Source of the DNA: a virus
Taxonomy: Duplodnaviria; Heunggongvirae; Uroviricota; Caudoviricetes
IMG/VR virus record: IMGVR_UViG_3300045988_101675
Reading direction: 5' to 3' (one strand)
DNA: 22,138 bases
Shown piece by piece: positions 16,686 to 22,138 of the stretch; position 1 is the stretch's first letter; every line of letters begins with the position of its first letter. The notes beneath the pieces were generated by a model. It was given only the letters and a program-made list of their open reading frames with translations. It was not told the DNA's origin and ran no database searches. A program made the position numbers and the translations under genes.

Positions 16686-17098
16686 TGATTGTGCTGGTTG
16701 TGTTGTTATCACTGGCGGTGGCCGGTCTGTTTCTGGTGAAACACAAAAATGCCAGCCTGCGCGCCTCGCTGGACAGGGCGAATAACGTCGCCAGTGAACA
16801 GCAGACGACCATCACCATGCTGAAAAATCAGCTTCATGTTGCCATCACCAGGGCAGACAAAAACGAGCTGGCGCAGGTGGCACTGCGTCAGGAACTGGAG
16901 AACGCGGCGAAGCGTGAAGCACAGCGCGAGAAAACCATCACGAGGTTACTGAATGAAAACGAAGATTTTCGCCGCTGGTACGGCGCTGACCTGCCTGATG
17001 CTGTGCGCCGGTTGCACCAGCGCCCGGCCTGCACCGACGCCAGTGATTGTCGCCAACGCCTGCCCGAAAGTGAGCCTTTGCCCGATGCCGGGCAGTGA
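16673..17098 (+). CDS. lysB: LysB, Rz-like inner-membrane spanin
   Basis: 141 aa with an N-terminal TM helix (LMIVLVVLLSLAVAGLFLV), then a charged and partly proline-rich periplasmic region. Contains the nested lysC start. Confidence 0.8.
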   Translation: MSKLMIVLVVLLSLAVAGLFLVKHKNASLRASLDRANNVASEQQTTITMLKNQLHVAITRADKNELAQVALRQELENAAKREAQREKTITRLLNENEDFRRWYGADLPDAVRRLHQRPACTDASDCRQRLPESEPLPDAGQ

Positions 17099-17243
17099 CC
17101 CGGAGACGAACGGCGATTTAAGTGCCGATATCCGACAGCTTGAGAACGCGCTGGCACGCTGTGCCAGCCAGGTAAAAATGATTAAACACTGTCAGGACGA
17201 AAACGATGCTCAAACCCGACAGCCTGCGCAGAGCGCTGACTGA
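16953..17243 (+). CDS. lysC: LysC, Rz1-like outer-membrane lipoprotein spanin
   Basis: 96-aa ORF in the +1 frame that starts inside lysB and runs into R. Signal peptide with lipobox (LMLCAGC) and a proline-rich mature region. Confidence 0.75.
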   Translation: MKTKIFAAGTALTCLMLCAGCTSARPAPTPVIVANACPKVSLCPMPGSDPETNGDLSADIRQLENALARCASQVKMIKHCQDENDAQTRQPAQSAD

Positions 17244-17673
17244 TGCCGTCACGGTACTGAAAACTAACCCCGATATGCTGCGGATATTCGTGGATAACGG
17301 GAGTATTGCCTCCACACTGGCGACGTCGCTGTCATTCGAAAAGCGTTACACGCTCAATGTCATTGTGACCGACTTTACCGGTGATTTTGACCTGCTCATC
17401 GTGCCGATGCTGGCGTGGCTGCGGGAAAATCAGCCCGACATCATGACCACCGACGAAGGCCAGAAAAAGGGCTTCACGTTTTATGCGGACATCAACAATG
17501 ACAGCAGCTTTGATATCAGCATCAGCCTGATGCTGACCGAGCGCACGCTGGTCAGTGAGGTGGACGGCGCGCTGCATGTGAAGAATATCCCGGAACCTCC
17601 GCCGCCGGAGCCGGTCACCCGCCCGATGGAGCTTTATATCAATGGCGAACTGGTGAGCAAGTGGGATGAATGA
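17206..17673 (+). CDS. R: Tail completion protein gpR
   Basis: 155 aa, the P2 R length as I recall it. Position after the lysis genes. Confidence 0.88.
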   Translation: MLKPDSLRRALTDAVTVLKTNPDMLRIFVDNGSIASTLATSLSFEKRYTLNVIVTDFTGDFDLLIVPMLAWLRENQPDIMTTDEGQKKGFTFYADINNDSSFDISISLMLTERTLVSEVDGALHVKNIPEPPPPEPVTRPMELYINGELVSKWDE

Positions 17674-18118
17674 GTTTAAGCGTTTTGAAGACCGGCTGAC
17701 CGGACTGATTGAGTCGCTGTCACCGTCAGGGCGTCGGCGACTGAGTGCCGAACTGGCGAAGCGCCTGCGGCAGAGTCAGCAGCGTCGGGTGATGGCACAG
17801 AAAGCCCCGGACGGCACACCCTACGTGCCACGCCAGCAGCAGAGCGCCAGAAAAAAGACTGGTCGTGTTAAGCGAAAAATGTTTGCGAAACTTATCACCA
17901 GTCGTTTTTTGCATATCCGCGCCAGCCCGGAACAGGCATCAATGGAATTTTACGGCGGAAAGTCACCGAAAATCGCCAGTGTGCATCAGTTCGGTCTGTC
18001 GGAAGAAAACCGGAAAGACGGTAAGAAAATTGATTATCCGGCGCGTCCCCTGCTCGGCTTTACCGGTGAGGATGTGCAGATGATTGAAGAGATTATTCTG
18101 GCGCACCTCGACCGTTAG
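17666..18118 (+). CDS. S: Tail completion protein gpS
   Basis: 150 aa. Overlaps the R stop. Position matches P2. Confidence 0.88.
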   Translation: MNEFKRFEDRLTGLIESLSPSGRRRLSAELAKRLRQSQQRRVMAQKAPDGTPYVPRQQQSARKKTGRVKRKMFAKLITSRFLHIRASPEQASMEFYGGKSPKIASVHQFGLSEENRKDGKKIDYPARPLLGFTGEDVQMIEEIILAHLDR

Positions 18119-18140
18119 TTGTGCCATTCCCGACACCTCA

Positions 18141-18162
18141 TCGTCACATTGCCGCCGGTATG
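18141..18162 (+). other. Perfect 8-bp GC-rich hairpin (GCCGCCGG TATGAC CCGGCGGC) between S and V
   Basis: Inverted repeat read directly from the sequence. No T-tract follows, so its role as terminator or regulatory site is uncertain. Confidence 0.3.
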
Positions 18163-18184
18163 ACCCGGCGGCATCCTTCCCGTT

Positions 18185-18820
18185 ATGAACACTCTCGCAA
18201 ATATTCAGGAACTCGCGCGCGCACTGCGCAACATGATCCGCACCGGCCTTGTCGTCGAAACCGACCTTAACGCCGGTCGCTGCCGTGTGCAGACCGGCGG
18301 CATGTGCACTGACTGGCTTCAGTGGCTGACCCATCGTGCCGGTCGTTCGCGCACATGGTGGGCACCTTCCGTGGGGGAACAGGTGCTGATTCTGGCCGTG
18401 GGCGGTGAACTCGACACGGCGTTCGTTCTGCCGGGGATTTATTCCGGCGATAACCCCGCGCCGTCTGCGTCGGCGGATGCCCTGCATATCCGTTTCCCTG
18501 ACGGGGCGGTGATTGAGTATGAACCCGAAATCAGTGCGCTCACGGTAAGCGGAATTAAAACGGCCAGCGTGACGGCTTCTGATTCTGTTACTGCCACGGT
18601 GCCGGTGGTCATGGTGAAAGCATCAACCCGCATCACCCTGGACACACCGGAGGTGGTCTGCACCAACAGGCTGATTACCGGCACGCTGGAAGTGCAGAAG
18701 GGCGGGACGATGCGCGGCAACATTGAACACACCGGCGGTGAACTCTCATCAAACGGTAAGGTACTGCATACCCATAAACACCCCGGCGACAGCGGCGGCA
18801 CAACCGGGAGTCCTCTATGA
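18185..18820 (+). CDS. V: Baseplate spike protein gpV
   Basis: 211 aa, the P2 V length as I recall it. First gene of the baseplate cluster V-W-J-I. Confidence 0.9.
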   Translation: MNTLANIQELARALRNMIRTGLVVETDLNAGRCRVQTGGMCTDWLQWLTHRAGRSRTWWAPSVGEQVLILAVGGELDTAFVLPGIYSGDNPAPSASADALHIRFPDGAVIEYEPEISALTVSGIKTASVTASDSVTATVPVVMVKASTRITLDTPEVVCTNRLITGTLEVQKGGTMRGNIEHTGGELSSNGKVLHTHKHPGDSGGTTGSPL

Positions 18821-19164
18821 CAGCGCGTTATCTCGGAATGAATCGCAGTGATGGCCTGACTGTCACTGACCTTGAGCATATCAGCCAGAGTATCGGCGAT
18901 ATCCTGCGCACACCGGTCGGCTCACGGGTGATGCGTCGTGATTACGGCTCGTTGCTGGCGTCAATGATTGACCAGCCGCAGACCCCGGCGCTTGAGTTGC
19001 AGATTAAGGTCGCCTGTTACATGGCGGTGCTGAAATGGGAACCCCGCGTCACCCTGTCATCCGTCACCACTGAGCGCAGTTTTGACGGGCGAATGACGGT
19101 CACGTTAACCGGCCAGCACAACGACACCGGCCAGCCACTTTCGTTAACCATCCCTGTGAGTTGA
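18817..19164 (+). CDS. W: Baseplate wedge protein gpW
   Basis: 115 aa. Start overlaps the V stop. Position matches P2. Confidence 0.9.
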   Translation: MTARYLGMNRSDGLTVTDLEHISQSIGDILRTPVGSRVMRRDYGSLLASMIDQPQTPALELQIKVACYMAVLKWEPRVTLSSVTTERSFDGRMTVTLTGQHNDTGQPLSLTIPVS

Positions 19165-19168
19165 AACC

Positions 19169-20077
19169 ATGCCGATTATCGACCTGAACCAGCTACCCGC
19201 ACCGGATGTGGTCGAGGAGCTGGACTTTGAAACCATTCTCGCCGAACGCAAGGCGACACTGATTTCCCTTTACCCGGAAGACCAGCAGGAGGTGGTCGCC
19301 CGTACCCTGACACTGGAATCCGAGCCTCTCGTCAAACTGCTGGAGGAAAATGCTTATCGTGAGCTTATCTGGCGTCAGCGTGTGAATGAGGCCGCACGGG
19401 CGGTGATGCTGGCCTGTGCAGCCGGTAATGACCTTGATGTGATTGGTGCCAATTACAACACCACACGCCTGATTATCACCCCGGCAGATGATTCGACCAT
19501 CCCGCCGACACCGGCAGTAATGGAGTCTGACACCGATTATCGTCTGCGTATTCAGCAGGCGTTTGAAGGTTTAAGCGTCGCCGGGTCGGTGGGTGCCTAT
19601 CAGTATCATGGTCGCAGTGCCGACGGGCGTGTCGCGGATATCTCTGTCACCAGTCCATCTCCGGCCTGCGTCACCATCTCTGTGCTGTCACGTGAGAATA
19701 ATGGTGTGGCATCCGAAGACCTGCTGGCTGTGGTACGTAACGCCCTTAATGGCGAGGATGTCAGGCCGGTGGCCGACCGCGTGACCGTGCAGTCTGCCGC
19801 CATCGTTGAATATCAGATAAACGCCACGCTTTACCTTTACCCTGGTCCCGAAAGCGAACCCATCCGCGCTGCTGCCGTGAAAAAACTGGAAGCGTACATC
19901 ACAGCACAGCACCGGCTGGGGCGCGACATCCGTCTGTCTGCCATTTATGCCGCTTTGCATGTGGAAGGCGTGCAGCGTGTCGAACTGACTGCTCCGCTGG
20001 CCGACATCGTGCTCAACAGTACGCAGGCGTCTTTCTGTACCGAATACCGCGTCGTGACCGGAGGCTCGGATGAGTGA
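19169..20077 (+). CDS. J: Baseplate assembly protein gpJ
   Basis: 302 aa, the P2 J length as I recall it. Confidence 0.9.
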   Translation: MPIIDLNQLPAPDVVEELDFETILAERKATLISLYPEDQQEVVARTLTLESEPLVKLLEENAYRELIWRQRVNEAARAVMLACAAGNDLDVIGANYNTTRLIITPADDSTIPPTPAVMESDTDYRLRIQQAFEGLSVAGSVGAYQYHGRSADGRVADISVTSPSPACVTISVLSRENNGVASEDLLAVVRNALNGEDVRPVADRVTVQSAAIVEYQINATLYLYPGPESEPIRAAAVKKLEAYITAQHRLGRDIRLSAIYAALHVEGVQRVELTAPLADIVLNSTQASFCTEYRVVTGGSDE

Positions 20078-20681
20078 TTCGCGCCTGCTGCCGACCGGCT
20101 CATCACCGCTTGAAGTCGCCGCCGCAAAAGCCTGTGCGGAAATTGAAAAAACGCCGGTCAGTATTCGTGAACTGTGGAACCCGGATACCTGCCAGGCAAA
20201 TCTGCTGCCGTGGCTGGCGTGGTCATTTTCGGTTGACCGCTGGGATGATAAGTGGCCGGAAGCGACAAAACGCGCTGTTATCCGCGATGCGTATTTCATT
20301 CACTGTCATAAAGGCACTATAGGTGCAATCCGGCGTGTGGTGGAGCCGCTCGGCTATCTGATTGAGGTGAGGGAGTGGTGGCAGCTCAACGAGGAGCCGG
20401 GGACGTTCCGTATCGTTGTTGGCGTGCTTGAGCAGGGTATTACCGAAGAAATGTATCAGGAGCTGGAGCGCCTCGTTGCTGATGCAAAACCGGCGAGCCG
20501 CCATCTGACGGGACTGGCTATCAGTTTAAGTACAACCGGCAACATTTTTGCCGGTGCGGGATGCTATCACGGCGACGCCCTGACGGTTTATCCCTACACC
20601 CCGGAGGCCATTATTGTCGGAGGGGATTATTTCCCGGCCTCGGCCATTCATTTAATTGATAACCTGAGAGTAAACGCATGA
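20070..20681 (+). CDS. I: Baseplate assembly protein gpI
   Basis: 203 aa. The N-terminal two thirds fit P2 I by position and context. The ORF is longer than the ~176 aa I recall for P2 I. Confidence 0.85.
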   Translation: MSDSRLLPTGSSPLEVAAAKACAEIEKTPVSIRELWNPDTCQANLLPWLAWSFSVDRWDDKWPEATKRAVIRDAYFIHCHKGTIGAIRRVVEPLGYLIEVREWWQLNEEPGTFRIVVGVLEQGITEEMYQELERLVADAKPASRHLTGLAISLSTTGNIFAGAGCYHGDALTVYPYTPEAIIVGGDYFPASAIHLIDNLRVNA

Positions 20682-21814
20682 CAGTGAAATACTACGCCAT
20701 TCTGACTAATCAGGGCGCAGCACGGCTGGCTAACGCGACGATGCTCGGCAGTAAGCTGAATCTGACGCAAATGGCCGTTGGTGATGCGAATGGTGTCTTG
20801 CCGACACCAGACCCGGCACAGACAAAACTGATTAACCAGAAACGCATCGCGCCGCTGAATCTTCTGAGTGTTGACCCGAACAACCAGAGCCAGATTATTG
20901 CGGAGCAAATCATCCCTGAGAACGAGGGCGGATTCTGGATCCGTGAGATTGGGCTTTATGATGATGAAGGCGTACTCATTGCGGTGGCGAACTGCCCGGA
21001 AACGTACAAACCGCAGTTACAGGAAGGCAGTGGTCGTACCCAGACTATCCGCATGATTCTGGTTGTCACGAATACCGAAGCTATTACGCTGAAAATCGAC
21101 CCGTCGGTGGTACTGGCGACCCGTAAATACGTGGATGATGAAGTCCTGGAATTAAAGCTGTATGTGGATGACCAGATGAGAAACCACATTGTCGCACAGG
21201 ATCCTCATACCCAGTATGCGCAGAAACATAATCCGACATTTACCGGAGAACCAAAAGCGCCGACGCCTGCCGCAGGAAATAACACCACGCGGATTGCGAC
21301 CACTGAGTTTGTTCAGGCCGCTATTACCGCTCTGATTAACGGCGCGCCAGACACGCTGGACACACTGAAAGAAATTGCCGCGGCCATTAACAATGACCCG
21401 AAATTCAGCACCACCATTAACAATGCGCTGTCAGGTAAGCAGCCACTGGATGAGACGCTGACTCATTTGAGTGGAAAGGATGTAGCTGGTCTTCTCACAT
21501 ACCTTGGTTTAAGAGCAAGCGGGCAGTACACCGATAATTTGTTATTTACAGGTCCTGATGGTCTTAAGATTCAGGTGTTTCGCCGGACGCTCGCAAATTT
21601 GACTACTGTCGGTGTAGTAAATTCTGTGCCAGTGACTTTCCCTGTCCCGTTCCCTGTTAATTGCTGGGGCGTTTTTTCTACCAAATTAACATGGGTTCAG
21701 ATAACTAACTCATGCGAGTGGGTAAGCAATACAGGATTTACCGCTCAGGTTATGATGAATATTGCTGTAAATACAAACACCTCAGACGCTATGTTTTTAG
21801 CTATAGGATATTAA
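20678..21814 (+). CDS. H: Tail fibre protein gpH, short variant
   Basis: 378 aa. The N-terminal region (AVGDANGVLPTP ... GFWIREIGLYDDEGVLIAVANCPETYKPQLQEGSGRTQTIRMIL) is P2 H-like. The middle has a tail-fibre repeat motif (NTTRIATTEFVQAAITAL). The C-terminal ~110 aa is AT-rich and distinct. Confidence 0.85.
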   Translation: MTVKYYAILTNQGAARLANATMLGSKLNLTQMAVGDANGVLPTPDPAQTKLINQKRIAPLNLLSVDPNNQSQIIAEQIIPENEGGFWIREIGLYDDEGVLIAVANCPETYKPQLQEGSGRTQTIRMILVVTNTEAITLKIDPSVVLATRKYVDDEVLELKLYVDDQMRNHIVAQDPHTQYAQKHNPTFTGEPKAPTPAAGNNTTRIATTEFVQAAITALINGAPDTLDTLKEIAAAINNDPKFSTTINNALSGKQPLDETLTHLSGKDVAGLLTYLGLRASGQYTDNLLFTGPDGLKIQVFRRTLANLTTVGVVNSVPVTFPVPFPVNCWGVFSTKLTWVQITNSCEWVSNTGFTAQVMMNIAVNTNTSDAMFLAIGY

Positions 21815-21815
21815 T

Positions 21816-22138
21816 ATGAATCGTTTTGTGTTCAGTCCATCTGAGTCCCGTTTTTATGCCATCGAGTGGCAGGCTGATTATGTTGATAATAATTGTTGGC
21901 CACATGATGCCATTAACGTTAGTGACAGCATTTATTATGAGTTTTCCGGCACTCCCCCTACAGGTAAGCAACTTATAACTTTAAATAACATGCCAGCATG
22001 GGGTGATATTCCTCCACCTACACGAGAAGAATTAATTGTCGCTGCTGATGTGGAGAAGCAAAAAAGAATAGATTTAGCCAATGATTACATGAACGGTAGG
22101 CAATGGCCTGGTAAAGCAGCTATTGGTCGTCTGAAAGG
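21816..22138 (+). CDS. G: Tail fibre assembly chaperone gpG-like, 5' partial (runs off the window)
   Basis: ATG 21816 follows the H stop. My translation (MNRFVFSPSESRFYAIEWQ ... EKQKRIDLANDYMNGRQWPGKAAIGRLKG) ends in a motif I recognise from tail fibre assembly proteins. Not in the ORF track because no stop is reached. Confidence 0.7.
   Translation, partial: MNRFVFSPSESRFYAIEWQADYVDNNCWPHDAINVSDSIYYEFSGTPPTGKQLITLNNMPAWGDIPPPTREELIVAADVEKQKRIDLANDYMNGRQWPGKAAIGRLK

Noticed and set aside
18119-18184. TGT-N12-ACA activator site for the late promoter upstream of V, and likewise in 11745..11917
   Set aside because: I looked for the remembered consensus and found only near matches (TGT-N12-ACC at 18120..18137). 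That is not enough to call specific sites, so only the regions are noted.

Overview
This window is the left arm of an integrated P2-like (Peduovirus-type) prophage. Reading left to right: a tyrosine integrase and C-type repressor on the minus strand, then a rightward early operon (cox, small ORFs, B, a TraR-like zinc-finger protein, replication endonuclease A). Next is an accessory region between A and cos, then the cos site, then portal Q and terminase P on the minus strand. The late operons follow on the plus strand: O, N, M, L, X, holin Y, endolysin K, lysA, lysB with nested lysC, R, S, V, W, J, I, tail fibre H, and the start of tail fibre assembly gene G. The window ends inside G. ORF lengths match my memory of P2 proteins for most of the backbone; no database search was run. 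Four places depart from that backbone: the int/C/cox immunity module, the A-to-cos accessory region, gene I and the tail-fibre module. The A-to-cos region is the most interesting part. It is the position where P2 carries tin and old, a locus known to hold anti-phage genes. Here it holds an ASCH/DUF3850-like gene, a possible 52-codon ORF, and an AT-rich insert with two unrecognised genes, each predicted to have two N-terminal transmembrane helices. Each of those two genes is preceded by one copy of a 67-nt repeat containing a 17-bp stem-loop, and the two copies differ by a base-pair swap that preserves the stem. No tRNA, rRNA, CRISPR array, reverse transcriptase or transposase was seen.
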